Shown: in pieces, positions 20,182-30,260 of the stretch
Layout: the number at the start of each line of letters is the position of its first letter
How positions within the stretch are numbered: the first letter of the stretch is position 1
Assembly: GCA_963929465.1 (NCBI GenBank)
Contig: CAWVJG010000012.1
Coordinates: 1-47,803, forward strand
Direction of reading: 5' to 3'
Source: Bacillota bacterium
GTDB lineage: Bacteria > Bacillota > Clostridia > TANB77 > CAG-508
DNA: 47,803 nt
The notes under the pieces: model-generated
The model's input: the letters and a program-made list of their open reading frames with translations, nothing else
Databases searched by the model: none
What the model was told of the DNA's origin: nothing
Program-made: the position numbers and the translations under genes

Positions 20182-20225
20182 AAAAAATATGAGACTGGAA
20201 TTTTCTCCAATCTCATATTTTTTTA
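20182..20225 (-). terminator. Rho-independent (bidirectional-looking) terminator after the first adhesin operon
   Basis: The inverted repeat AATATGAGACTGGA (20186-20199) / TCCAATCTCATATT (20206-20219) is flanked by an A run and a T run. It lies 10 nt downstream of the stop at 20236. Confidence 0.7.
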
Positions 20226-20235
20226 TTTATCGCTT

Positions 20236-23200
20236 TTATTTCTTTAAGACTTTTTTCTTGATTAAGACAACACCGACTCCTAGGATAACACATGCGATTA
20301 CTGTAATAGCAATTGGTAGTATGTAATTCATGTTTTCACCTGTATTTGGTGTTACAATCACAATTTCTGCCATACCGTCATCAGATTCTACTGATGGTCC
20401 TGTACCTGGTACATAGTTTCCTGGTATTGAAGTAATATTTGGTCCTCCTGGTTTTTCTACTTTTACAATTTCTGTTTCATTTCCTAGTTCAATATCTTCT
20501 GATGATGTTAATAATTTAGATACATTTAGCATAACTGTTGCACTTTCTGTTGGTTGTAAATCATATCCCGCTAATGCTTCTGTATAGAATATTTTTGCAC
20601 TATCGATTGATGTTGAATTTCTAACCTCTTCTGCTAATGATATCCTACTATCATCTTTTTGTATTGCTTCCCAATCAGGATTACTTTCTGCATCAAAGTC
20701 CCAATCACTGTCTAGGTAATCTATAATTGCTGATGGTGTGATTGTTACAACATCACCTTCTATAATACCATATTTATAATAGTTTTCTGACAAATATTCT
20801 ATTTCACTATTATTTGTTGCTTTAATCTCATAACCGATTTGTAATCTTGAACCTTGTATGATTTCACTATCTAATTCAAGTCTTACCATTCCATTTGCTG
20901 GTATTGAGCCTGGTGATGGTGGTAAATATGTTACATTTCCTGTTTGTCCTTCTAATTTACCATCTTCTGTTATTTGTAAATCTACTAATGGTTGACCATT
21001 TGCTAATGTAAGTTTCATTGTACTTACTCTCTTATTTAGTGATATATCTTGTCTTGCTCTTTCTACGATACCGAAGTCAACATTTTCGATTCTATATACA
21101 TATCTATCTCCATAAGATGCTGTGTATGTTGATTCGTATTCTACACCAATTCCTAAAGTTGGTGTTGTAGAATCCATTTTATTGATTGTGATTTCAGTTG
21201 CATTTGTGATTTCACTTAATTCTGCATCAATTGCTAATCTTGTGTCATAATCATCTACTGCATCTGTCCATCTTGTTTCTACATCTGTTTTATACCATTC
21301 CTTATTTGCCATATTGGCATCATATCTTGCTTTATCATATACGGTTCCTTTATAGTTTTGTACTGTATATGTCTCATCTCCCCAAGTATAGGTTATTGTA
21401 TAATCTCCAGGGATGAAATCTGAGATATAGAAATCACCATTATCATCTGTTGTTGCTGTATACACTAGTCCTGTTCCTGTATTTTCCGTAAGTTTTACTT
21501 CTACTCCTGGTATTCCTGTTTCTCCTTCTTCATATTGTCCACTACCTTGTCTAATTTGTCCTGTTAATAATTCTCCTGATGTAGAGTCTAAGAATACTTT
21601 ACCTGCTATTTCTCTTGCGTCTGCTACTTCTAATTTCAATGATGGGCTTGAATCTGTATCATCTTCATATGTTGTCATATCACCAGGTATTGCATTTCCT
21701 GGGTTAGAATCAAGATCTACACCAGCATATACACTTCCATTTCCATCAAATGTTGAATATGAATTGATTTCTACAACATTATCTAATGTTTCTCTGTCAT
21801 TTAAAATTTCTAGCACTGCTTCTCTACTTAATTCAAATTGCACATAGAATTCATTTGTTTGTCCATATTCTATTCTTGAATTTGTATAGATAATTGCTTT
21901 TGAATATTCATCATTATATGCTTCTTGGTCATATTCAATATTTCCTGTAATGATTCCTTCTTGATCAATTCCTGTACCTGCTGCAACAATGGTATATCTA
22001 CTATCAAAGTAATCTACTAAGTTGTTTACTTGTGTTGTTAGTCCACTTGCTTCGTTCATAACACCAATTCTGTATGTTACATATACTTTTAATTCTCTAC
22101 TACTGTCTTCTTCATTTACATATTCATAATCTGCTTTATATATGGCTCTTGTATAAGAATCATCTACATATTCACTTGCAAATTTAACACCAACATTAAA
22201 TGCTGTATCACTATAATCTCCATCTGCTTCTTGTGCTTCTAAATTTGCAAATCTTTGTGCATATTCATATATGTGTTGATATCCATTGATTGCAAGTCTT
22301 ACATTTTGCATATCTTTAATTAATGCTAAATCTGGTTGTATTCTTTCATATAATCCTAAATTGATATATGGTATTTCTTCCATTCCTGCTTCAAATTGGT
22401 CTATAATACTATATCCTGTTTCGTCTGTATTTGCTGTGATTGGATATTGTCCAACTGGTAATCCTTCATTAATTAAAGTTGATGTATGTTGTTCTGCATC
22501 TTTATTATATGTTAATTCATGTGCCACATTTCCATTTTCATCTAGTGCAACACCTGTTGTTTGAGAAGCTCCTTCAATTGTACTAAATCCTTTATTAAAT
22601 GTATCTCTAACTTCTGGATTTTCTGCTGCTTTTGAACCATTATCCATATCGATATGTGGTGTTACATTTGTATATGTTAATCCATCATATTCAAATTCAA
22701 TATAATAGTTCTCTAAATCCTCTACTCTAACATCTACAAATTGATAATATCTGATAATGTTATCTCCTAAATCGATTTCTTTTGTTACTGCATAGAAGTC
22801 TTCTCCATTATCATTTTTTACCACTTCTCCAGTTGTTCTATCAATTAATCTTACAATAACACCTTCTAATAATTCATCAGTATCATCATTTACATCATCT
22901 CTATATAAACTATTTCTTTCTGATTGTTTTCCTGATTGTTTATCTAACCATACATATCCAGAAAGTTTTACATAGATTTGTTTATTTTCTATTACAAACT
23001 CTTCTGTTTTGTCTACAATAACCGTATGTTCTACACCATCTGATATGATTTCATATCCATAATTTGGATTTTGTGTTTCATATGCTATATATGTTCCTAC
23101 AATCAAGTTTTCTATTAAGATTTCTCCATTTTCATCTGTTACAAATTCTGTTGCTTCACTTTCTTCTACATAAGTGATTGTTCCATCGGCAGCTTGATGA

Positions 23201-24531
23201 ACATATAATCCTGTTTCTTTATTTTGGATTTTGAAGCCAACACCTTGTAATTTAATTTCATGATTATCTTCATTTACCTTAATGACTTTTAAATTTCCTA
23301 ATAATAGTTTATTTTCAATGACAAAGTCTTCTGTTTTATCTACAACGACTGTATGTTCTACACCATCTGATACAATCTCATAACCATAATTTGGATTTTG
23401 TGTTTCATATGCTACATAAGTTCCTACAATCAAGTTTTCTATTAAAATTTCTCCATTTTCATCTGTTAGAAATTCTGTTGCTTGACTTTCATCAACATAG
23501 GTAATTGCTCCATTTGTATCTTGATGAACATATAATCCTGTTTGTTTATTTTGGATTTTAAAACCAACACCTTGTAGTTTAATCTCATGATCATCTTGAT
23601 CTACTTTAATTACTTTCAAACTTCCTAATAAATCAATATCATATTCAAAATCTGTTTCATAATCATATGGTGCATCATAACGATCTCTTGCAATTAAGTT
23701 TTGATAGTTATATCCACTTTGTGATTCTAAGAACCAAATTCTAACACCTTCTACTGTTATACTACCACTGGCTGTAATTGTTGTAATTCCAGTAATTCCA
23801 CTACTAATTGGTATAGAAATATAGAAATCTTTTCCTGATTGTATATCTCCAATCCCTATTGTATTTGCTGTTGTTCCTGTATAGGTAACAAAAGTAACAC
23901 CTGAAATTGCATTTCCATCTTGATCTTTGACAACTACACTTTTTAAAGTTCCTGAAAAGCTCCAATTAAATGGTCCTATTCTTAAATTTTCTCCATCTGA
24001 TTGTACTCTGATTGCTTGTTTATTTGTATTATCTGTAAATTCTACATTTGCTAATTCATTTGCATAATCTGAAGATGTTGAATCTAAGTAAGAACTACTT
24101 CCTTGCACATTACTTACAAATCCTACATATAAACCAGCATGATATTGTCCTACATTGTTCATCCATGTATACATATAGTTCCAAATCGCATTTTGTACTG
24201 GACTATTTTGTTTGCCATTTCCACCATTATCTGCTGATAATATATGTGCCAATTTTGCATTATGCCAACTTTCTATACTTTTCCCAGTATGGTCTGTTGA
24301 AGTATTTCCTCTTATGTCTACTTGTGAGATAACTTTGTATGTTACCTTTTTACTATTTAATGATTGTTTATGTTCTACACAAAATAAATCATCATCATTT
24401 AAATAATCTGTATAGTTTATAGAAACTGTTTGTCCTACACTATAAGATGCTGCCTTTGCTATATTCGCATATGCCAATATAGCAATTGCCATTATGATAA
24501 ATCCCACTAGTAGTTTTTCTGCTTTACTCAT
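20236..24531 (-). CDS. Giant surface adhesin B1 (1431 aa). Domain order: signal peptide, thioester-domain-like head, 2 SpaA/Cna-B repeats, SdrD-B-like and Ig-like domains, TPNTGE-TM-KKK tail.
   Basis: The signal peptide ends in AKA. The head carries FCVEH (Cys51) and VQNAIW (Gln113) motifs resembling the [YFL]C-hydrophobic-[DENQ] and hydrophobic-Q-x-A-[IV]-W thioester signatures. There are two ~106-aa repeats (LG.LKVIKV...GVGFKIQNK.TGLYV) and an SdrD-B-like segment (LSGYVWLDKQSGKQ). Confidence 0.85.
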   Translation of the reverse strand: MSKAEKLLVGFIIMAIAILAYANIAKAASYSVGQTVSINYTDYLNDDDLFCVEHKQSLNSKKVTYKVISQVDIRGNTSTDHTGKSIESWHNAKLAHILSADNGGNGKQNSPVQNAIWNYMYTWMNNVGQYHAGLYVGFVSNVQGSSSYLDSTSSDYANELANVEFTDNTNKQAIRVQSDGENLRIGPFNWSFSGTLKSVVVKDQDGNAISGVTFVTYTGTTANTIGIGDIQSGKDFYISIPISSGITGITTITASGSITVEGVRIWFLESQSGYNYQNLIARDRYDAPYDYETDFEYDIDLLGSLKVIKVDQDDHEIKLQGVGFKIQNKQTGLYVHQDTNGAITYVDESQATEFLTDENGEILIENLIVGTYVAYETQNPNYGYEIVSDGVEHTVVVDKTEDFVIENKLLLGNLKVIKVNEDNHEIKLQGVGFKIQNKETGLYVHQAADGTITYVEESEATEFVTDENGEILIENLIVGTYIAYETQNPNYGYEIISDGVEHTVIVDKTEEFVIENKQIYVKLSGYVWLDKQSGKQSERNSLYRDDVNDDTDELLEGVIVRLIDRTTGEVVKNDNGEDFYAVTKEIDLGDNIIRYYQFVDVRVEDLENYYIEFEYDGLTYTNVTPHIDMDNGSKAAENPEVRDTFNKGFSTIEGASQTTGVALDENGNVAHELTYNKDAEQHTSTLINEGLPVGQYPITANTDETGYSIIDQFEAGMEEIPYINLGLYERIQPDLALIKDMQNVRLAINGYQHIYEYAQRFANLEAQEADGDYSDTAFNVGVKFASEYVDDSYTRAIYKADYEYVNEEDSSRELKVYVTYRIGVMNEASGLTTQVNNLVDYFDSRYTIVAAGTGIDQEGIITGNIEYDQEAYNDEYSKAIIYTNSRIEYGQTNEFYVQFELSREAVLEILNDRETLDNVVEINSYSTFDGNGSVYAGVDLDSNPGNAIPGDMTTYEDDTDSSPSLKLEVADAREIAGKVFLDSTSGELLTGQIRQGSGQYEEGETGIPGVEVKLTENTGTGLVYTATTDDNGDFYISDFIPGDYTITYTWGDETYTVQNYKGTVYDKARYDANMANKEWYKTDVETRWTDAVDDYDTRLAIDAELSEITNATEITINKMDSTTPTLGIGVEYESTYTASYGDRYVYRIENVDFGIVERARQDISLNKRVSTMKLTLANGQPLVDLQITEDGKLEGQTGNVTYLPPSPGSIPANGMVRLELDSEIIQGSRLQIGYEIKATNNSEIEYLSENYYKYGIIEGDVVTITPSAIIDYLDSDWDFDAESNPDWEAIQKDDSRISLAEEVRNSTSIDSAKIFYTEALAGYDLQPTESATVMLNVSKLLTSSEDIELGNETEIVKVEKPGGPNITSIPGNYVPGTGPSVESDDGMAEIVIVTPNTGENMNYILPIAITVIACVILGVGVVLIKKKVLKK
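22980..23631 (-). repeat. Intragenic tandem duplication of 2 x ~318 bp SpaA/Cna-B-type repeats in B1
   Basis: The two consecutive ~106-aa units are nearly identical: LGSLKVIKVDQDDHEIKLQGVGFKIQNKQTGLYVHQ... and LGNLKVIKVNEDNHEIKLQGVGFKIQNKETGLYVHQ... Confidence 0.85.
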
Positions 24532-24552
24532 TTTTTTTACCTCCTTTCCTTC

Positions 24553-27500
24553 CTAATTTTCCTCTTTTGCATTTTTTCTTTTTACTATGATTCCTGTAAC
24601 AATTCCTGTCAATACGATGATGACAGCAATGATTCCAATTGTCATGTAAACAACGCCACCTGTTCTGATACTAACGATTACATCTGCTGAACCCATATCA
24701 TTTTCGCCACTAACATTATTAGCTGGTGTTGAGTTACTATCTTCTAAGCCTAAGTTATTATATGCCTCGTAAATTTCTGCATTATTTCTTGTAACTAAGT
24801 TATCTTCTCCCATTGTTTTTGTTAAAGTTAATGTTACACTTCTTGATTCTCCAGGGTTAATGATGTCATTTCCTAATGCTGTTGTATATAGTGCATTTCC
24901 ACTTTCATACCAATCTTTATTTAATTCAGAACTGAATTCTAAATCTCCTGGCATATAATCTACAATGTTTCTAGCATATCCTGCTACTTCACCAACATTT
25001 GTTACAACAATATTGTATTCAATAATAATATTTGATCCATTCATTTGTTTTGCATCTAATTCTACTTTTGCTGTTGTCGCATTATTATATTCTCTAGTTG
25101 TTGTTCCCGCAGAATTTTGAACCAATATTCTACTTACATATTTATCTAATTTTAAATCAAAGTTTTGTAATTCTATTAAACCAATATTTATGTCTGATAC
25201 ATTTTCTGAATCTATACGAATAATATCTGTTGATGCAACTGTTTCTCTTTCATCTTCGATTAATAATTCATTTAATCTTACGTCAGAATTTAGAGTTTCA
25301 TTAACACCTTCTGCTTTGTATGTAGTTAATGAATATTGTGCTGTATCATATGTAAATATAGCAATATATTGTCCAGATGCAATATTATCCATTACATACA
25401 TTCCATTTTCATTGGTTGTTGCTTCTAATATATCTCCTTCAGCATCTCTAACCAATTGATTTGTATTTACATTTAATAATCTAACCGTTATATTTCGTAA
25501 TGTTGTTTCTCCATCATCTTTTCTACCATTAGCATTTTCATCAAACCATGCTAAACCACTGATGATTTGCTCTCCATTTGCTATATCTCCATTTGGATCA
25601 TCTGGGCTATTTGGGTCTTCTGGATTACTTGGATTATCTGGGTTATTTGGATCTTCTGGAGTGTTTGGATCTTCTGGATTATCTGGATTATCTGGATTAT
25701 CCATGACATCTGCCTCTATGATGTGGTTTAAGTCTGATGTAATTGCTATCTGTTCTCCATAAAGGGTTGCAACTGCTCTATTCGTAATTGTTTCTGCATC
25801 TGCTCTTGCTGCTGAATAATTAACCACTGTTTCTATTACAATTGTTGTTTCTCCATTTGCTGGTATATCACTTGGTATTTCAATATGATTTGTTGAAAAT
25901 TCTACTGCTTCTCCATCTTTTGTTACACGATTTACTGTTAATTGAGAAGGAATGTCATCTTGTATTACTAATCCAGCTGTTGGAGATGTACTATTATTTC
26001 TTACATGAATTGTGTAAGTAATATTGTCTCCAGATTTCACATATTGACTTTCTGTATTTGCTTCCATTGTCATATCAATATCAAAACTGTTTACTTTATC
26101 TTCCCATAGATTTGATTTATATTCTTTTTGTCCATCTGATGCCTCTACTGAGAAATTGATTGTATCTACTGTATTGTCTGGCATTTCATTAATTACCATA
26201 CTGTAACTTAATACCTTTGCCTCTCCAGGTTGCAATGTTCCTATATTGATTTCATCACTATATTCTATTTGTTCTGTTGTGGTTTGTTCTTCATTACCTG
26301 TGTCTGCAGCTTCTTCTGTTACTTCAGGTATTTCTCCTGATGATATCGTATATATTTCTTCATCTGATACTTCATCTTCACTCATACCTGTAATTAATGT
26401 TAATCTTGATACTCCTAAATTTTCTGATTTATTTGTTTTTACAGTTACATCATTTAATGTTTCAGATGATGTGTTTTTAACAATTGCAAAATATTCTACT
26501 GTTCCTGTTTCATATAAGTCTACTTTTCTATCTGTTACTCTTTTTACCATTGCTCTTAAATTTCCGTCTTCTGATTGAACTGTAAATTCATTGGTTTCTT
26601 GCACAACATCTAAATAATTGATTTCTACTGTATTTGCAATTGATGTACCATTTGCTAAGCTTGAACTTAGCATAACTTCATATTCTACATAAGTGATGTC
26701 TCCCACAGGTAGAGATTCGATTGTTGTTTCAAATGTATCTGTTTCTATTCCTTTATAATATGAAGCACCTGTATATTCATAATTATCCACTGGTTCAACT
26801 AAAATAGTTCCTTCTGGAATCATTCCTTTTACTGTAATATTACTTACATCTTCTGAACCAACATTTGATACTTGTACTCTATATTTGATAACTTCTCCAT
26901 TTTTTACTGTACTTGTATTTGTCAAATCTTCTCCTGCTAGTGTTGCAGTTAAGTTTGTTTCTATTTTTGGTCCGACACCTGTTTCCATTGAGATTTCTGT
27001 TGCTGTTACTGTATTTTCAGTTCTTGCTTGTCCTTTTGTATAGTTTACTTCATATCCTTCTGTTGCTGTTTGGTTATATTCTAGATTTTCTGGTACTTCT
27101 ATCATATATGAACCACTAACTGCACTTCTTGAAGCAATATTATCCATCTTAACCATGTATTTCTTTACGGCTGTTGGATTTGTTATACTTTCTGTCCATC
27201 CATTTTCTGCATTTTCTATATCTGTTGTTGCATTTTCATTTTCTGTATAATATACTGTTCCATTTTCTACATTCACTCCGCTAACAACTGCTATATCTAT
27301 GTTATTTTCTTCTGTTTTTGTAGGGAATGTTCCTAACATAGATACATTGTCTACATTTTCTTCATTATTATTAATGATTTCAAAACTAACTTCCATTTGT
27401 GTAGCATCTGTTCCTCTTTGTAATCCTACACTTGTTGTTTCCTCTTCTCCAATAGTTTCTACATTTAATGCATCTATACTGTTAATTACTGTTACATCTT

Positions 27501-29535
27501 TTGGTGCTACGACTTCTATTTCTTGAGAAATTCTACCTATCGCTTCATTATTTGCATAAGCATTTGCTTTTTCGTTTGTATATGTTACATTGATTGATTC
27601 TGGTTTTGCAATAGAAGTTCTATTAACATTGATTGTTGCATTAATAATGATGTTTGCACCTTCTACAGATTGTGATTTATATGCTGTTTGTTCTCCTTGC
27701 ATTTGAATAGTAATATATCTGCCATCAACTGTATAATTTGCAATTGTTAATTCTTCCTCATACAATACATTAATACTATTAATTTGCACACTTTCAACTT
27801 GTTCTGGTAATTCTATTGTAAAGGTTGGATTTCTATATAAATCTTTTGATTCTTCATCTGTCTTTAAGATTAATTTCATTTCAATGTCATTTGCTACAAT
27901 GGTTGATAATGTATTTCTACTAATTTCTAATCTTGCTTCTGTTGTTGTTTCATTTAGTTCCATTGTCATTTCTGTTTCGGCTTCTATACCTGTTGTATAT
28001 GATTTTCCTTTTACAACTAACTCTTCTTCATTATACTTGTTGTATCCATATACCACTTTAGTTGCTATACTATTTGCTGCTTTTACAGTATTGATATCTG
28101 ATGCAGCAATTGTTTTTGTATGTGTAAATGTTAAAGTTCCTTCTGCCACTGGACTAGAAGTTCTTATTTCTATTCCCTTAGGTTCTTTTCCTGTATAATC
28201 AACTACAATATTTCCATTGTTATCTGCTTTTGTAGTATTTGTTATAGTTGCTAATAATTCATTATTTTCATTATAGATTTCAATTTTTCCATTTTTTCCA
28301 TATATAGTGTCAAAGTCTTTTTTAGAAATTGTTGTTTTATTGTAATATACATTACTATCTATTTCTCCATCAGTAAGTATATATCTACTTGCTTCTTCTC
28401 TTATAGAAATATATTCTTCTATGTTTGATAAGTTCACATCTAGTTTCGTTTTGCTAATATATTGTTTATCTATACCTGAATATAATTTTCCTTTATAAAT
28501 ACTTTCTTCAACATTATTAGCGGTTACTTCTATTACGGAATCCATCTCTTCATTAGATAATGTAATTGTTCCATCCTTTGATGTTAATACTTTATTATTT
28601 TGTAAAGTAACTGTTTCTTCTGCAGTAATTTCTTTGTTTTCTAATTCCACATCTGCATCATAAATATATGTTAAAATAACATTTTCTTCACCTTGTTTTC
28701 TCCATAAGATTTGATTATTTTGTGTTTTTTCATTGGTTAATGTCATTTCAACATATCCATCTTCATATTTATAATCAAATGCTGACATTGTGTTTAGATG
28801 TGCATCTGTCAAAACTTCTGGTGATATTCCATCAATTTCTGGTGCATCGATTTTCGTATCAATTTCTTTTATTGGATAATTATTATCATTTAATCCCATA
28901 TGTAATGATAATTGTACAACTCTCTTATCTTCTCCAGATATTTTCATGATTTTATTTGTGATGACTTCTATTTGATTTTTTACATTAGCATTTGAATTTG
29001 CTTCTAATAGTCTCATGCCAACAGTTCTTGTTGCTTCAATGTCTATGTCTTTTTCGGTATTGTCTCTATACACACCTGTTAATGTTACTTCACTTTGGCA
29101 GTCTAACATATCGATATTCATAACTTCATTATCAACTGGTTTTACTTTTACCTCGATTTCCGCAGTTGTTCCGACATCTAATTGATTTAAGTAAATTGTA
29201 TTATCTGAAATTTTACTTACAAATTCACTTTCAGATCCTACAATACTGAAGTTAGAATTTTGTAATGCAACCTGCCCTACAAAAAATCCTTCTGTATTGA
29301 CATTAATCGCCAAATACATAGAAACCTCTTGCATATCTGCTGTTCTTTCTAATGTTGTTGTTTTTTTGCCATTGCTATCCTTAAAATATGCATCAAATTC
29401 AATATTTTTATGATTTGTACTCGTTGAATCTGCTGCATAACTTATAAGGCTTGAGCCCAAAAATATAAAATTAGTCATAGTTAGTGTCATAATTAGTAAA
29501 ATAACTACACTAATTTTAAAAACCTTGTTTTTCAT
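24553..29535 (-). CDS. Giant surface protein A1 (1660 aa). Domain order: signal peptide, DUF11/Ig-like domains, Pro/Asp/Asn linker, SdrD-B-like domain, terminal DUF11-like domain, SIRTGG-TM-KRK tail.
   Basis: The signal peptide is KISVVILLIMTLTMTNFIFLGSSLISYA. It parallels A2 along its length, for example NIVDYMPGDLEFSSELNKDWYESGNALY versus RIVDYLPEGMTFNSELNKGWVQEGDMLY. Its stop lies 21 nt upstream of the B1 start, with a GGAGG RBS between them. Confidence 0.85.
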   Translation of the reverse strand: MKNKVFKISVVILLIMTLTMTNFIFLGSSLISYAADSTSTNHKNIEFDAYFKDSNGKKTTTLERTADMQEVSMYLAINVNTEGFFVGQVALQNSNFSIVGSESEFVSKISDNTIYLNQLDVGTTAEIEVKVKPVDNEVMNIDMLDCQSEVTLTGVYRDNTEKDIDIEATRTVGMRLLEANSNANVKNQIEVITNKIMKISGEDKRVVQLSLHMGLNDNNYPIKEIDTKIDAPEIDGISPEVLTDAHLNTMSAFDYKYEDGYVEMTLTNEKTQNNQILWRKQGEENVILTYIYDADVELENKEITAEETVTLQNNKVLTSKDGTITLSNEEMDSVIEVTANNVEESIYKGKLYSGIDKQYISKTKLDVNLSNIEEYISIREEASRYILTDGEIDSNVYYNKTTISKKDFDTIYGKNGKIEIYNENNELLATITNTTKADNNGNIVVDYTGKEPKGIEIRTSSPVAEGTLTFTHTKTIAASDINTVKAANSIATKVVYGYNKYNEEELVVKGKSYTTGIEAETEMTMELNETTTEARLEISRNTLSTIVANDIEMKLILKTDEESKDLYRNPTFTIELPEQVESVQINSINVLYEEELTIANYTVDGRYITIQMQGEQTAYKSQSVEGANIIINATINVNRTSIAKPESINVTYTNEKANAYANNEAIGRISQEIEVVAPKDVTVINSIDALNVETIGEEETTSVGLQRGTDATQMEVSFEIINNNEENVDNVSMLGTFPTKTEENNIDIAVVSGVNVENGTVYYTENENATTDIENAENGWTESITNPTAVKKYMVKMDNIASRSAVSGSYMIEVPENLEYNQTATEGYEVNYTKGQARTENTVTATEISMETGVGPKIETNLTATLAGEDLTNTSTVKNGEVIKYRVQVSNVGSEDVSNITVKGMIPEGTILVEPVDNYEYTGASYYKGIETDTFETTIESLPVGDITYVEYEVMLSSSLANGTSIANTVEINYLDVVQETNEFTVQSEDGNLRAMVKRVTDRKVDLYETGTVEYFAIVKNTSSETLNDVTVKTNKSENLGVSRLTLITGMSEDEVSDEEIYTISSGEIPEVTEEAADTGNEEQTTTEQIEYSDEINIGTLQPGEAKVLSYSMVINEMPDNTVDTINFSVEASDGQKEYKSNLWEDKVNSFDIDMTMEANTESQYVKSGDNITYTIHVRNNSTSPTAGLVIQDDIPSQLTVNRVTKDGEAVEFSTNHIEIPSDIPANGETTIVIETVVNYSAARADAETITNRAVATLYGEQIAITSDLNHIIEADVMDNPDNPDNPEDPNTPEDPNNPDNPSNPEDPNSPDDPNGDIANGEQIISGLAWFDENANGRKDDGETTLRNITVRLLNVNTNQLVRDAEGDILEATTNENGMYVMDNIASGQYIAIFTYDTAQYSLTTYKAEGVNETLNSDVRLNELLIEDERETVASTDIIRIDSENVSDINIGLIELQNFDLKLDKYVSRILVQNSAGTTTREYNNATTAKVELDAKQMNGSNIIIEYNIVVTNVGEVAGYARNIVDYMPGDLEFSSELNKDWYESGNALYTTALGNDIINPGESRSVTLTLTKTMGEDNLVTRNNAEIYEAYNNLGLEDSNSTPANNVSGENDMGSADVIVSIRTGGVVYMTIGIIAVIIVLTGIVTGIIVKRKNAKEEN

Positions 29536-29798
29536 ATTGCTACCTCCCCTAAATTAAAATTAATTTTTAGTCACATTTCAGCATTATAATTTTTATTATT
29601 ATACCTATTATTTATTATATCTTGTTTTTACTGATTTTTCAACATTTTCCATGGATTTTTTTAACATTTTATGTAATTTTATTATTTTTTGCCTTTTTAT
29701 GTTGACTTTTACAAAAAATATGAAATTATTCACATAATTTTATATATATTCATACTATATTACATAGAAATTTATATTTTGAATATATATTTTATGAG

Positions 29799-30260
29799 GT
29801 GATTATTTTGGATAATTTTAATATGGATAAACAAACAATGGATAAATTGAGTTCTATGCTAAATAATGGGAATTTAAACGATATTCTTTCACAAATTCCT
29901 CCAGATACTTTAAAAAACTTTTCTACCATGATGAATGGAAATACAACTTCTGGTGAAAACACAAATAACAATATGAAAAATTCTGAACCAGCAAATACTA
30001 CGGATAATTCATCTAATCATTCATTTAATGGTAATTTCGATTTTAGTAAGATTGATATGAATACAATGATGAAAATGAAATCTATCATGGAAAAAATGAA
30101 CCATACTTCTGATCCCAGATCAAATTTGCTACAATCCTTAAAACCCTATTTAAGAGATGAAAAAAAAAGTAAACTAGACCAATACGCTAATTTACTAAAC
30201 ATGGCAAACTTAATGGAATTATTTAATCAAAATAATGGTAAGGAGAATTCTAGTGATTAA
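29799..30260 (+). CDS. Hypothetical Asn/Met-rich small protein; the true start is probably TTG at 29808
   Basis: A GAGGTGA RBS at 29796-29802 lies 5 nt upstream of the TTG at 29808. The low-complexity N-rich centre is followed by a more ordered C-terminal segment (RSNLLQSLKPYLRDEKKSKLDQYANLLNMANLMELF). Confidence 0.55.
   Translation: MIILDNFNMDKQTMDKLSSMLNNGNLNDILSQIPPDTLKNFSTMMNGNTTSGENTNNNMKNSEPANTTDNSSNHSFNGNFDFSKIDMNTMMKMKSIMEKMNHTSDPRSNLLQSLKPYLRDEKKSKLDQYANLLNMANLMELFNQNNGKENSSD

Noticed and set aside
20165-20185. A GGGGACGGAC motif near the island terminator, considered as a fourth copy of the 38-bp repeat family
   Set aside because: Only about 7 nt (GGGGACG) match, and the rest of the repeat is absent. 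This is probably a chance similarity.
8114-29535. Numerous 60-130-aa plus-strand ORFs inside the giant minus-strand genes and spoIIE (for example 8114..8398, 9681..9899, 13335..13604, 15682..15885, 26246..26578, 27884..28198)
   Set aside because: They are antisense shadows of long, well-supported genes. They are rich in Ser/Leu/Phe/Ile as expected from the complement of AT-rich codons, and they have no RBS and no recognisable motifs.
8219-29535. Calling the adhesin island a mobile element or genomic island
   Set aside because: I could see no integrase, transposase, flanking direct repeats or tRNA target at its borders. Base composition and codon style look like the rest of the window. Only the interruption of mre-min synteny hints at insertion.
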